A program made the position numbers and the translations under genes. Source: Marispirochaeta sp. (lineage in GTDB: Bacteria; Spirochaetota; Spirochaetia; JC444; Marispirochaetaceae). Taken from it: 64,000 nt of DNA. The DNA lies in the NCBI GenBank assembly GCA_963676835.2, contig CAXXFF010000002.1, positions 1,184,001 through 1,248,000 on the forward strand. The letters are read 5' to 3'. The notes under the pieces were generated by a model. That model saw only the letters and a list, made by a program, of their open reading frames with translations. It had not been told where the DNA came from and searched no databases. This document shows, one piece after another, positions 9,249-19,263 of the stretch (position 1 is the stretch's first letter; every line of letters starts with the position of its first letter).

Positions 9249-11198
9249 ATGAAATTGCGAACCAAGTTCCTTCTGCCTGTTGGAAGTGTTGTGCTTGTTG
9301 GAATTCTTCTTATTTCATTGATTACCGTTACCCTCTCCCGTAATGCCCTTCAGGAAATGGCTGATAATACCGTCAATCAGGTAGCTTCTACACTTGATCG
9401 GACCTTGACCACCTATGCGCAGAGGGTTCTGCATGAGATTGATCTCCTTTCCATGGAAGCGGGGCAGGTTGGCGCCGATGAAATGGAACTCTTTCTTTCC
9501 CGCAGTATAGATAAGCTCGGCTATGGTGAGACTCTATCTCTTGCCGGTATGGATGGGATTATCCGGGCCAGCTCGGATTCTGACGGACGGGGTATGTCAA
9601 TTGCGGATCGCGGTTATTTCCGTCAGTCGTCCAGGGGCGATACCCTTTTGTCAGAGGTTATCGTAAGCCGTTTTTCCGGGGTTCCCGTATTTGTTGCATC
9701 CGCACCGGTTCTAAATGGCGGAACTGTTTCCGGTGTTCTGCTTTTCACCCTGCCGGTAGCATCATTCAGTGATGAACATATTTCTCCTGTTGTTGTCGGT
9801 ACAGAGGGCTATGCCTACATGACCGATTCGAAAGGGCTGGCAATTGCACATCCAGGTAAAGAACAGTTAATGAAGCTCAATGTAGCTCAGTATGACTGGG
9901 GGCAGGAAATACTTGCCAGGAAGTCCGGCCAGATAGGGTATACCTTTCAGGGGATAAAAAAGCAGGTAGCCTTCAGGACCAACGGGGAAACCGGCTGGGT
10001 ACTGGCAGTTACTGCCAATGATGATGATATCTATGCTGCAGTTAAGCGTATTGAGGGGCTGAGTATTATTCTTACTGTTTCAGTTATTGCAGTGGTCCTG
10101 ATTATTCTGCTCCTTGTTGTCCGCTCGGTACTCAAGGGTGTGCAGGAAACAGTGGCTGTTTCTCTGGATGTTGTGGACGGACGACTTGATACAGCCATTT
10201 CCCACAGGCTGCTTCAGGAAGAAGACGAAATCGGTGAGATGAGCCGGGCCCTTCAGGGAATGCTTGATGCCTTCCGGGAAAAGGCCGGGGTAATCGCCGC
10301 CATAGCCGACGGTAATCTTGATCAGAATCCGGGTCTTCTCAGCGAGGATGATACCCTGGGTCATTCACTTATAACCATGGTGAATTCTCTTAATGAGCTG
10401 TTGGGGCAGGTGACTGCATCGGTTCATCAGGTAAAAGCCGGAGCTGCCCAGGTTTCCGCTGCCAGTGTCTCCCTTTCTCAGGGGGTTACGGAACAGGCGG
10501 GAACCATGGAGGAGGTCTCCTCCGCTCTGACAGAAATAAGCAGCCAATTTGAAATGAGTGCTTCGAATGTCGGCGAGGCGCGGAGGCTTGCCTCTGAAAG
10601 CGAAAGAATTGTCTCCGATGGTGCCAGCCTGATGAGTCAGCTGATGGAGAGCATGCAGGGCATAGAAGAGGCCAGTGAGAATACCAGAAAGATTGTAAAG
10701 GTTATTGATGATATGTCCTTTCAGATAAACCTGCTCAGCCTCAATGCAAATGTGGAGGCTGCCAGGGCCGGAAAGTACGGACGGGGATTCAGTGTGGTGG
10801 CAGACGAAGTCCGTAACCTCGCCCTGAAGAGTTCTGATGCGGTGAGCGAGATCACCGGTATGGTAGAGGATGTCCTAAGCAGGATAAAGCAGGGAGTCTC
10901 TCTGACAGAGCGGAGCAGCAGGGAGTTTGATGAAATCAACGCCGGTACAGGCAGGATCGCCTCAGTCCTGGAGGAGCTCAATTCAACCATACAGGAGCAG
11001 GTTGATGCCCTGAAACAGGTGGATGTCTCCATGGAACAGATAGAAGAGGTAACCCAGTCGTCATCTGCTACCGCCGAAGAGAGTGCCGCCGCTGCTGAAG
11101 AGCTGGAGGGCCAGGCAAACATGCTGAATGAGCAGGTCAGCCGCTTTCGATTGAGAAACGGACATGCCCGGCTTGCTCTTCCCTACAGTAGAAATTGA
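9249..11198 (+). CDS. Methyl-accepting chemotaxis protein (dCache-HAMP-MA)
   Basis: Two TMs, DRGYF/GYAY Cache motifs, DEIG HAMP, QINLLSLNANVEAARAGKYGRGFSVVADEVR. Confidence 0.95.
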   Translation: MKLRTKFLLPVGSVVLVGILLISLITVTLSRNALQEMADNTVNQVASTLDRTLTTYAQRVLHEIDLLSMEAGQVGADEMELFLSRSIDKLGYGETLSLAGMDGIIRASSDSDGRGMSIADRGYFRQSSRGDTLLSEVIVSRFSGVPVFVASAPVLNGGTVSGVLLFTLPVASFSDEHISPVVVGTEGYAYMTDSKGLAIAHPGKEQLMKLNVAQYDWGQEILARKSGQIGYTFQGIKKQVAFRTNGETGWVLAVTANDDDIYAAVKRIEGLSIILTVSVIAVVLIILLLVVRSVLKGVQETVAVSLDVVDGRLDTAISHRLLQEEDEIGEMSRALQGMLDAFREKAGVIAAIADGNLDQNPGLLSEDDTLGHSLITMVNSLNELLGQVTASVHQVKAGAAQVSAASVSLSQGVTEQAGTMEEVSSALTEISSQFEMSASNVGEARRLASESERIVSDGASLMSQLMESMQGIEEASENTRKIVKVIDDMSFQINLLSLNANVEAARAGKYGRGFSVVADEVRNLALKSSDAVSEITGMVEDVLSRIKQGVSLTERSSREFDEINAGTGRIASVLEELNSTIQEQVDALKQVDVSMEQIEEVTQSSSATAEESAAAAEELEGQANMLNEQVSRFRLRNGHARLALPYSRN

Positions 11199-11425
11199 TG
11201 GGAAAGTATCTCACCGTTCTGCTTATCGTTCTTGCCGGACTTGCAGTTATCGGACTCGGCGGGTGGTTTTATTATTATATTTTCAGCAGTGCCGGGTTCC
11301 CTGTAATCTTCAGGATACTGCTGGTTCTCGGGATTTCCGGTCTTATGGCAGCCCTTATTTATGCAGGGCTGGAACGGTTCAGAGAGATAGATGAGGAGGA
11401 CGATGATGATCTTGGTAAATACTGA
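11195..11425 (+). CDS. Small 2-TM membrane protein
   Basis: Two hydrophobic helices and an acidic tail; overlaps both neighbours. Confidence 0.7.
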   Translation: MMGKYLTVLLIVLAGLAVIGLGGWFYYYIFSSAGFPVIFRILLVLGISGLMAALIYAGLERFREIDEEDDDDLGKY

Positions 11426-11717
11426 TTATGTCAGCGGTAAGGAGCTCGAAACCCTGGGAATGGTGAAAGGATGCATTATTCAGTCCCGCCATGTGGGAAA
11501 GGATATTCTCAGCGGATTAAAAACCATCGTGGGCGGTGAACTTACGGCCTATACAGATATGATGAACGAGGCCCGGGCAAAGGCGACTAAACGAATGGCC
11601 GAAGAGGCCGAGAAGCTTGGTGCCGATGCCGTGGTGAATATACGCTACTCCTCGGCGGCTGTTATGCAGGGGGCGGCTGAAGTTTTTGCCTGGGGAACAG
11701 CGGTAAAATTCAAATAG
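11406..11717 (+). CDS. YbjQ/UPF0145 family protein
   Basis: GKDILSGLKTIVGGEL..Y, LGADAVVNIRY, GTAVK; GAGGAGG SD. Confidence 0.9.
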   Translation: MILVNTDYVSGKELETLGMVKGCIIQSRHVGKDILSGLKTIVGGELTAYTDMMNEARAKATKRMAEEAEKLGADAVVNIRYSSAAVMQGAAEVFAWGTAVKFK

Positions 11718-11720
11718 ATC

Positions 11721-11729
11721 TGGTATAAT
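11721..11729 (+). promoter_or_regulatory. Extended -10 promoter (TGnTATAAT)
   Basis: TGGTATAAT 8 nt upstream of ATG 11738, no SD. Confidence 0.55.
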
Positions 11730-11737
11730 TTTATACC

Positions 11738-13435
11738 ATGGTAAGGATAAAACAGGTTCTGTTGTTCCTGGCGGGGGCTATGTTTTTTGCCGCCTGCGCA
11801 GGTATGCCGTCGGGGGGGGGCCGGGAAGATGTATCTCTGCTCGTGGTTCTGTCGGAGATCGGCAGCCCTACAGATGCTGTTACGTTAACCGTTCCCGGAG
11901 GAACGGTCAAAGTGAAACCGGGAGAAGATGGTGTCGGGTTTGTAAAACTTGATGCCGGACCTGTTTCATCTGAACATGGCGTGCCCTTTATCATCTCCGG
12001 TAGATCTGTAATCCTCTATCCTGAAGTCTTTGATAAAAATGGTAATACCCGGCCTGTCCAGCCCTCGGATCAGCAGCGGGCAATGAACTCACTTACAGAA
12101 TATGTCGGTTTTGAACGATGGTTCGGCGGGGAGTATGTCAACTTTGGTCCCTACAGGCCGAAGCAGTATTTATCGGGAGAGTATTTTCCCCTGAAGATTG
12201 AATCCTCACCTGCAGGAGCAGCAGTCTCTATCGATGATGTTGTCTGGGGAGAAACTCCCCTCGAACTGGAGCTTACAGCCGGACGGTATCTGATCGAAAT
12301 AAGCGCACAGGATTATCTTCCTTTCCGAAAGATCGTTGCCGTAAATAAGCCTGAGTCATTATCGCCTCAACTGGAGCTTCAGAAGAGTGCCGGGAGTCTA
12401 AAGAAAGACAGCTTTCGTATTATGGTAGCCCCTGTTCGCTTTTTGAGTGGAACCGAAGACCCATATGGAGATGTCATCCAATCTGCCATGGAGCAGAATT
12501 TCAGTGATGACTCCCGCCTGGAGATTCTACGCGATACATCCGGATTCAGCGGGGATGGGGCACGTGACTTTACCCCTGCAGAAGCTGTGGGTGCTGACCT
12601 GCTTGTGTTCAGCAGCTATGCCAGCGACGGAGAGACTTTATATCTTGAAGCGGTTCTCTATGAAACAGCTTCCCGCAGGGTTCATTATGCAGAAACCTAT
12701 ATTTCAGAAGCAGGTTTTGCTGTTTTCGATTCCATCGATGAAATATCCCGCCGTTTTTCAGATGCAGTGGGTAAAACTCTCCCGGAGGCAGGAGAGCCCA
12801 TTGTAAACAGGGAGGAAGAAGTCACTGCAGAGATGCTGGCATATGAACAAGGCCTTTATCAGCAACGAATGGTCGAAAGCAGGATGTCCCGCCGGAATCT
12901 TGTCAGTATAAAAGCAGGAATGGGCGGATTTACCGATGATCTTGATGACGGACTGGGTGGTTCAGTGGGCTACCGTTCAAACAGCCTTTTCAATAACTAC
13001 CGTCTGGACTATCAACGGATTCTTTCTCCCCACATTTCCCTGTCGGTAATGATGCAGTTGTATCTACAGACAATTGAAAGTGACGGGAACGGCGGAAATA
13101 TCAATCCCAATGTTTCCGTTATTGCGGGGCCGGAGTTTACCTTCCGCAGTGAAACTTCGGATGTTTACTTTACACCCGGCCTGCTCCTCGGTTTTGCCCC
13201 GGGATTTACAGCCTACACCACGGTAGATGTGGATTACGCTCCCCAGTTCTATACGGGCTTCGAACTTGATGTGGGGTACAGGCAGTATCTTTTCAATCGG
13301 CGCAGTGACAGGCCGCTCTTCTTCAATACGGGAATGATGTTTGATATTGTGGAATTTGCCTATGGTTCCGGACAGGATTTTCGGATTGTACCGATTCGGG
13401 GAAGTGTTTATCTGGGGGCGGGGGTCTCGTTATGA
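11738..13435 (+). CDS. PEGA-domain lipoprotein with TolB_N-like middle and probable C-terminal beta-barrel
   Basis: FFAAC lipobox; IESSPAGAAVSIDD..GETPL PEGA; amphipathic strands ending YLGAGVSL. Confidence 0.7.
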   Translation: MVRIKQVLLFLAGAMFFAACAGMPSGGGREDVSLLVVLSEIGSPTDAVTLTVPGGTVKVKPGEDGVGFVKLDAGPVSSEHGVPFIISGRSVILYPEVFDKNGNTRPVQPSDQQRAMNSLTEYVGFERWFGGEYVNFGPYRPKQYLSGEYFPLKIESSPAGAAVSIDDVVWGETPLELELTAGRYLIEISAQDYLPFRKIVAVNKPESLSPQLELQKSAGSLKKDSFRIMVAPVRFLSGTEDPYGDVIQSAMEQNFSDDSRLEILRDTSGFSGDGARDFTPAEAVGADLLVFSSYASDGETLYLEAVLYETASRRVHYAETYISEAGFAVFDSIDEISRRFSDAVGKTLPEAGEPIVNREEEVTAEMLAYEQGLYQQRMVESRMSRRNLVSIKAGMGGFTDDLDDGLGGSVGYRSNSLFNNYRLDYQRILSPHISLSVMMQLYLQTIESDGNGGNINPNVSVIAGPEFTFRSETSDVYFTPGLLLGFAPGFTAYTTVDVDYAPQFYTGFELDVGYRQYLFNRRSDRPLFFNTGMMFDIVEFAYGSGQDFRIVPIRGSVYLGAGVSL

Positions 13436-14517
13436 GAATCCGTACTGTGATAACGGCAATTTTTCTTGTCATCTTCTCTTCATTGCTCCATAGTCAGGAA
13501 AACCTCATTCTGCACAGGGTCTATATAGCTCCGGTGACAGTTTCGCCCGGGTTCTCTCCGGACGGGCTGTTTCTTAGCGCACCGGAAACACTATTTAATC
13601 TTATTAACACCCGGCAGCCGCTTATCCGGTCTTCCGAGGAAGAGGCCAATAGTATTATTCGCACGGAGATTCTGCCGGCAGAAAATGTGGAGTCGGCGGT
13701 TGAACTCCGGTTTACGCTGCTGCGTAATGATGAGGCCCTGCATGTTTCTGTCGGAGTATTTCAGGATGGTTTTAATTTTGAAGATTACCGGAACTTTCTT
13801 GAAGAGTGCGTAGGCGATTTTGCTCCTGAACTTGGACGGGTTGAACCGAGGATTGAGCTTATCCGTCTGGAGACTGATGCGGATACCCGCAGACTTCTTG
13901 ACCAGCTTATCTATGCAGATGCACTACAGACACCCTTTGAAGCAACGCTCTGGACAGGTATTTTGTCCAAGAACCCCGACGGGGAAGATGGGAAACCCCT
14001 CTATCTGCATTTTCCACTGCACTATTACGGTGAATTCACCTGGTTTCCAAATCAGGGCCATCATGGACTGACGGCGTCGCTGTTTTTCGAATACTCCGAT
14101 TATACCTACCATGCTGATTCTGTAATAAACACCGACGAACCCGGCCGTTCAGATAACCTCTATCTTCTCCCGGGTATAGGCTATACCTATCGGACCAGCG
14201 GGGAGTTTTCTGCCGGTTTTTACTCCGGCCTGAATGTCGGCGGGCTGCGGATACATGCCAGGGAAGACCTCACCTGGGATGGCGGGCTTTCTCTTCAGGA
14301 AAATGAGAGTGAGTGGGTTCTTATGCATTATCTTGTTATGCGACCCTATGTTGCCTGGGCTCTCAATGAATCCTGGACGCTGAAGACCAGTTTTGCCCTC
14401 TACATATCTTTATTGCAGCTTTTTCCCAACCCGCTGCAGACTGATTATTATCGTGCAGGGGATCCCGGGGCAGAGATTCAGTTTGTGAATCTCGGTGTAA
14501 GTTACCGTTGGAGATAG
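13432..14517 (+). CDS. Exported protein, probable outer-membrane beta-barrel
   Basis: Signal peptide; aromatic alternating strands; C-terminus NLGVSYRWR; ATGA overlap with upstream gene. Confidence 0.65.
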   Translation: MRIRTVITAIFLVIFSSLLHSQENLILHRVYIAPVTVSPGFSPDGLFLSAPETLFNLINTRQPLIRSSEEEANSIIRTEILPAENVESAVELRFTLLRNDEALHVSVGVFQDGFNFEDYRNFLEECVGDFAPELGRVEPRIELIRLETDADTRRLLDQLIYADALQTPFEATLWTGILSKNPDGEDGKPLYLHFPLHYYGEFTWFPNQGHHGLTASLFFEYSDYTYHADSVINTDEPGRSDNLYLLPGIGYTYRTSGEFSAGFYSGLNVGGLRIHAREDLTWDGGLSLQENESEWVLMHYLVMRPYVAWALNESWTLKTSFALYISLLQLFPNPLQTDYYRAGDPGAEIQFVNLGVSYRWR

Positions 14518-14530
14518 GCGAGCATCCGTT

Positions 14531-15715
14531 TCATTCGAAGGGGCTGTAGAAAACTGCGTACACCGGAATCCCGCCGTTGTTGAGCCGAAGTTTCAGTGTA
14601 TCTGCGGGGAGGGATAGCCCGGGATAGAGCTTTCCTGGAATAATAAATGTCCCCGATGTGCCTGTCTCTTTCATTTTACTGATGAGCTTTCTGTACAGAG
14701 AGTTTCCTCCCCTTAACCGTTCGCCGTAGGGCGGGTTGGTCACTATGAGAACTTCTTTCCCGGATTCTGGAAAGCCATGAGGAGAGAAAGCATCTTCGCA
14801 GGTAATTTCAGGGTTTGTATTTGCCCTGCGGCAGTTTTTAACGGAAATTTCCACGGCATCACGGTTTATATCCGAGCCGGAAACGGTAAATAACGGGGCC
14901 GTTTCCTTAAGTTCAACCTGTCGGAGGAGGTACTGAAAAGAGGCTTCCCGGTAGTGCGGCTGGTGCATAAACTGAAACTCACGCCTGCCTCCCGGGGCCC
15001 TTCCCGTGCTGATAAGCCCGGCTTCTGCCGGAATTGTTCCCGATCCGCAGAAAGGATCGTGGATTCTCTGCGGATAATCATCATTTGCTGATCTCTTTTG
15101 CCACTGTTCAATGCTCCAGAGGATAATACCGGCGGCAAGGTTTTCCCGGATGGGGGCTTCTCCTGTCAGAATCCGGTACCCTCTGCGGTGAAGATGCTCT
15201 CCGCTGAGATCAATCTGTATCTCAACCCGGTTATTGCAAATCTCAAGCTTAATGCGCTGTACGAAATCCGTCTCTGCCGGGCTTGCCTCCGGTGCTTCCA
15301 TACTCAAGTCTGTAAACCTCCGGGCTATAGCTTCTGTCAGGGTTTCCACGGCGTTGCCTTCGTGCTGAATCCTGCTTTTTCTAACCGTAGGCTGTACCCG
15401 TAGTGGTGCACCTGGAGACAGGTAGAGCTCCCAGGGCAGGGTGGAAGCTTTGCGGAAAAGTTCTTCCCTGGCTCCGGCGGAAAACTCCGGCAGTGTCAGC
15501 CAGATTCTTGCTACTGTGCGGAGATAGAGATGGGCAGAATAGGCTTCCTCAAGTTTCCCCAAGAATCTTATGCTGCCGGATGAATCGATGACCGATTCTA
15601 TGTTCAAATCAGAAAGTTCCCCTCTGCAGACAGGAACCAGATCTTTCGGTACATCGATGCTGTAGCTATGTTTCTGAGACCAGATATGCCGTTTTATGCG
15701 CTTTTCCAGATTCAC
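14531..15715 (-). CDS. THUMP-domain class I SAM RNA methyltransferase (RlmL/RlmK-like N-terminal type)
   Basis: LHRRGYR, APIRENLAA, DPFCGSGT, NPPYGERL; GTG 15715 overlaps upstream TGA. Confidence 0.9.
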   Translation of the reverse strand: MNLEKRIKRHIWSQKHSYSIDVPKDLVPVCRGELSDLNIESVIDSSGSIRFLGKLEEAYSAHLYLRTVARIWLTLPEFSAGAREELFRKASTLPWELYLSPGAPLRVQPTVRKSRIQHEGNAVETLTEAIARRFTDLSMEAPEASPAETDFVQRIKLEICNNRVEIQIDLSGEHLHRRGYRILTGEAPIRENLAAGIILWSIEQWQKRSANDDYPQRIHDPFCGSGTIPAEAGLISTGRAPGGRREFQFMHQPHYREASFQYLLRQVELKETAPLFTVSGSDINRDAVEISVKNCRRANTNPEITCEDAFSPHGFPESGKEVLIVTNPPYGERLRGGNSLYRKLISKMKETGTSGTFIIPGKLYPGLSLPADTLKLRLNNGGIPVYAVFYSPFE

Positions 15716-17085
15716 TCTTTCTCCTGAAACAGCGGCTGGTAGGCACGGGTAAGATTTCCTCTGATCTTCTTCCATATGTTTTTCCTCATGGGGAGTATTC
15801 TGCTTATCAGCTGGGCCAGGCGTACTGCTGCCAGTAGCAGAGGGTTCCGCTGAGGAAAATCGTAGAAGCCGTTCTGTTTATAGTATTTGTGGTCTGCCTG
15901 AAAAACAAAGCCCAGGGGACCATATATTTCATCCCGGAAGAGTCTTTGCCCGGCGACTCCGAGAAAGTCGTGTTCCCTGAAGTATCCCGCCTCCGCCTGT
16001 TCTATACTGAGGGCTGTCGCAGCTGAAATACTGTTAAGAGTATTTTCCGGATCTTCATCGCTGATCATGCCAATGAGGTTTGTGTAGTGGATCTGCAGCC
16101 AGGCCTCCAGTACCCTGCGGCCGGTATGCATCCCGCTTAAGGGTCCTTCTGTAAGAATAAGAATCTGCTTTCCCCGCAGACTGGGCTGATGGGTTTTGAA
16201 GAAACTGCGGTCCATGACGGTCTTGAAGCCCGAAGAGAGGAAGCGGTCCTTTACCGGGAATGCAAAGATGATAATATCTGATGTGAGCATCCTCCTGTAC
16301 AGCGGGATAAAGTCATCCTTCCCGTCATAGCTGCAGATATTGTCGAAGCCGCAGCGTAGGCAGCCCATGCAGCTACCGTTGATCCTATGTTCCGCCAGGT
16401 CAATGGTTTCAAGGGGGCCGCCGTAGATTTCACGGAAGTGTTCCATCATCACAGGAAGACTGTCTCCCGTCTCTCTGCTATTGGTCAATATAACGGCTCT
16501 TTTCTGTGTTGCCAGCGGTTTCGCGGGGTCCGCCGGGGCAGGTCTTCGGGAATGAGAATCCGTGATTGGAGGGGTATGTCCGGGAAGCGCTCGCTGTTGT
16601 GAAATGGAAGAAAGAAAATGGGAACAGAAGAGGGTGAACTGCTCTCTTTTTTTTGAATCCAGCAGATCCCGCATGGCGGCTGCATGGGAGTAGGTGAAAC
16701 GCATCCCCAGATCGTCGATAATTTCCCGCATATAGCTGTGGGCTGTATCGTCATAGAAGTGTATTGAAGTCGAAATTGTGGCGGCATATTTGCCGCGGAA
16801 AAGTTCTTTCCTGCTGTTTTCAAAAATCAGTTCAATAAACCGTTTATACCCCGCATGTACCAGGAGAATATAGAGCGGGAACGCCCAGAGTACACCGTCA
16901 CATTTCTGTATGCTGTCAAATACCCGGTTTATCTCCTCCGGGTTTTTCTCGAGGGCCTTTATTCTCTGAGCAACGTTGAAGGTCTGGTACTCATGTTCCG
17001 GATGCAGCTGCTTCAGGTAGCGGACATACTGCATGGTTACGCTGTCGTCCCCCTTGGGGCTTCCGTTGAAAATACAGATTTTCAT
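15712..17085 (-). CDS. Tandem flavodoxin-fold NAD(P)H-dependent oxidoreductase / iron-sulfur flavoprotein
   Basis: NGSPK and PLY in the first domain; CMGCLRCGFDNIC Cys cluster in the second. Confidence 0.8.
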   Translation of the reverse strand: MKICIFNGSPKGDDSVTMQYVRYLKQLHPEHEYQTFNVAQRIKALEKNPEEINRVFDSIQKCDGVLWAFPLYILLVHAGYKRFIELIFENSRKELFRGKYAATISTSIHFYDDTAHSYMREIIDDLGMRFTYSHAAAMRDLLDSKKREQFTLFCSHFLSSISQQRALPGHTPPITDSHSRRPAPADPAKPLATQKRAVILTNSRETGDSLPVMMEHFREIYGGPLETIDLAEHRINGSCMGCLRCGFDNICSYDGKDDFIPLYRRMLTSDIIIFAFPVKDRFLSSGFKTVMDRSFFKTHQPSLRGKQILILTEGPLSGMHTGRRVLEAWLQIHYTNLIGMISDEDPENTLNSISAATALSIEQAEAGYFREHDFLGVAGQRLFRDEIYGPLGFVFQADHKYYKQNGFYDFPQRNPLLLAAVRLAQLISRILPMRKNIWKKIRGNLTRAYQPLFQEKE

Positions 17086-17699
17086 TGTTCTGTCTCCTCT
17101 TTGATATTTATGTGTTCCAGAATATGGGGATTATTTTTCCGCATATGTTCAAATGCTATTAATGCTCCTCCGGTTTCGTGGAGCTGCTGTCTCAGAAAAA
17201 TAGTACGCTTTTCTTCCGGCAGGCTTTTCGCCAGACTGTTGAGCCCGTGGGTGAATATCCACATCCGCGAAAGGAGAGTGCGGATCTGATCTTCTGCCAG
17301 GCCCTGAAGATGGGGATCTTTGCGGATATGGTTCAGCATGCGGAGTTTATCGGGTACCAGATTGTCCGGAGCAAGGCTTGTGCATCCTTCCAGGTAGAGA
17401 GCCCGGAACAAACCAGGGAACTCATCTGCAAAGCGCAGGTATCCCAGACCTATTCCCAGGAAGGGTTCCTCTTCACCGGCAAAACGGATAATAGCATCCA
17501 CAGCAAAATCTTCAGCCTGTGAGATGAGTTCACTCATTAATTGTTCCCGGGAGCTGAACACTCTGTAGACCGGTTGGGTCGATGCACCGAGGCCGGCGGC
17601 TATCTTCCTTATTGTTACACCTTCCCTTCCCTCCTGCCTGAGAATGCAAAAGGCTGCTTCCAGAATTTTCTTACGGGTAAAACTTACTTTCGGGGGCAC
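17082..17699 (-). CDS. TetR/AcrR family regulator
   Basis: MPPK start (GTG 17699 after GGAG); HTH VTIRKIAAGLGASTQPVY. Confidence 0.9.
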   Translation of the reverse strand: MPPKVSFTRKKILEAAFCILRQEGREGVTIRKIAAGLGASTQPVYRVFSSREQLMSELISQAEDFAVDAIIRFAGEEEPFLGIGLGYLRFADEFPGLFRALYLEGCTSLAPDNLVPDKLRMLNHIRKDPHLQGLAEDQIRTLLSRMWIFTHGLNSLAKSLPEEKRTIFLRQQLHETGGALIAFEHMRKNNPHILEHINIKEETEQ

Positions 17700-17710
17700 A
17701 ACCAACTCCG

Positions 17711-17732
17711 ATAAATAACAAGTGTTATTTAT
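17711..17732. promoter_or_regulatory. Probable TetR operator
   Basis: Perfect 10-bp inverted repeat ATAAATAACA-ag-TGTTATTTAT just upstream of the tetR SD. Confidence 0.7.
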
Positions 17733-17868
17733 TAATTACACCCTTTCTTCCGGGAATGCAAGGCTTTTTTCAGGATTAACGGAATTCCAACAATTTCCAG
17801 GGTTTTACCCTTACTATAGAATTTGATATACTACTGATATACCAACTTTCTTTAACTGGAGAACTAAC

Positions 17869-19236
17869 ATGCAGAAAGCAGTTGTACCTTTCGGCAGCAA
17901 GCATATTGAGGTAAATCTTCCCGACGATGTTGATATACTCGGCATGGGAACCCCGGTGGCCCTTGATGCCCCGGCAGAGAAAATTCAGGCAGCTCTGGAT
18001 TCACCTATCAACAGCCCCGGCTTTGATGAAATAGTAAAGACTAAAAAGGCCGCCAAGGCTGATGCAACGGCTGTAATCGTCATTTCCGACAACACCCGCC
18101 CTGTTCCCTATACCGGAGAGCAGGGAATCCTCTGGCCTCTGGTGGACCGGCTGATGAAAAACGGAGTTGCCCCGGGCAATATAACGGTACTTGTGGCTAC
18201 CGGAACTCATCGCGGTCTTACCCGTGAAGAGGTTGAGCGGATGATCGACGGCAGGGTTTTTGAAGCCGGCTGTCAGCTGATAAACCATGACTGTAAAGAC
18301 GACGAAAACCTTACCTACCTGGGAACAACCGCCCGGGGAAGTGAAATCTACATTGATAAACTCTATGTGGAGAGCGATATTAAGATCCTCACCGGCCTTG
18401 TTGAGAGCCATTTTATGGCGGGGGCCTCGGGCGGTCGGAAATCCATCTGTCCCGGTCTTATCGGAGAAGAGAGTACCTTTGTTTTTCATGGAGCACCCAT
18501 GATGGCAGACCCCAACAGTACCGACCTGAAACTGGAAGGAAATCCCTGCCACGAAGAGTCCTTTGAGGTGGCGTCCAGTGCCGGAGCAGACTTTATTATC
18601 AATGTAACCCTGGATCACAGCTTCAATGTTACCGGTGTTTTTGCCGGTGCCCTAAAAGAGGCCCATGAAGCAGCCGTAGAGCATTTAAAGAGTTATACTG
18701 CTGTGCCTTATGAAGGCGAGTATGATGTGGTATTTACCCATGCCGGATTTGTAGGTATCAACCACTACCAGGTTGCCAAGGCAGGCTGTGTGGCCGCCCG
18801 GGTCATCAAGGACGGCGGACATGTCCTTATGGTTGCCGACAATGCGGATACTGACCCTGTGGGAAGCCTTGCATACAAGACTGTTCTTCAGCTGCTTACC
18901 CTGAACGGACCCGACGCGGTAGACAAGATTCTGCTTTCTCCGGACTGGAAGTTTATCCCCGAGCAGTGGCAGGTGCAGATGTGGAACCGTCTGTTCAGAA
19001 AAATCCCTCTGGATAACTTCCATTATTACAGTCCCCAGTTTGGCGATGCACAGTATGCGCTCAGCCCCGGTGGAAAACTTGCAGACCTCGCCGGTGTATC
19101 CGGGGAAGGTTCACCGGAAAGTATCCTTCCCGATATGATCGGCAAAAGCATTGAAGCCTTAAAAAAAGCTCATAAAGGCCCCGATCCCTTAAGAATTGCG
19201 TATCTTAAAGACGGACCTTACGGTATTCCTCTGTAG
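17869..19236 (+). CDS. larA: Nickel-pincer-dependent lactate racemase family (LarA homolog)
   Basis: SDNTRP, ATGTH, ESHFMAGASGGRKS and YQVAK motifs; substrate not determinable. Confidence 0.85.
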   Translation: MQKAVVPFGSKHIEVNLPDDVDILGMGTPVALDAPAEKIQAALDSPINSPGFDEIVKTKKAAKADATAVIVISDNTRPVPYTGEQGILWPLVDRLMKNGVAPGNITVLVATGTHRGLTREEVERMIDGRVFEAGCQLINHDCKDDENLTYLGTTARGSEIYIDKLYVESDIKILTGLVESHFMAGASGGRKSICPGLIGEESTFVFHGAPMMADPNSTDLKLEGNPCHEESFEVASSAGADFIINVTLDHSFNVTGVFAGALKEAHEAAVEHLKSYTAVPYEGEYDVVFTHAGFVGINHYQVAKAGCVAARVIKDGGHVLMVADNADTDPVGSLAYKTVLQLLTLNGPDAVDKILLSPDWKFIPEQWQVQMWNRLFRKIPLDNFHYYSPQFGDAQYALSPGGKLADLAGVSGEGSPESILPDMIGKSIEALKKAHKGPDPLRIAYLKDGPYGIPL

Positions 19237-19263
19237 GGCTATTTCCTTTTTGAAGGAGGCGCT

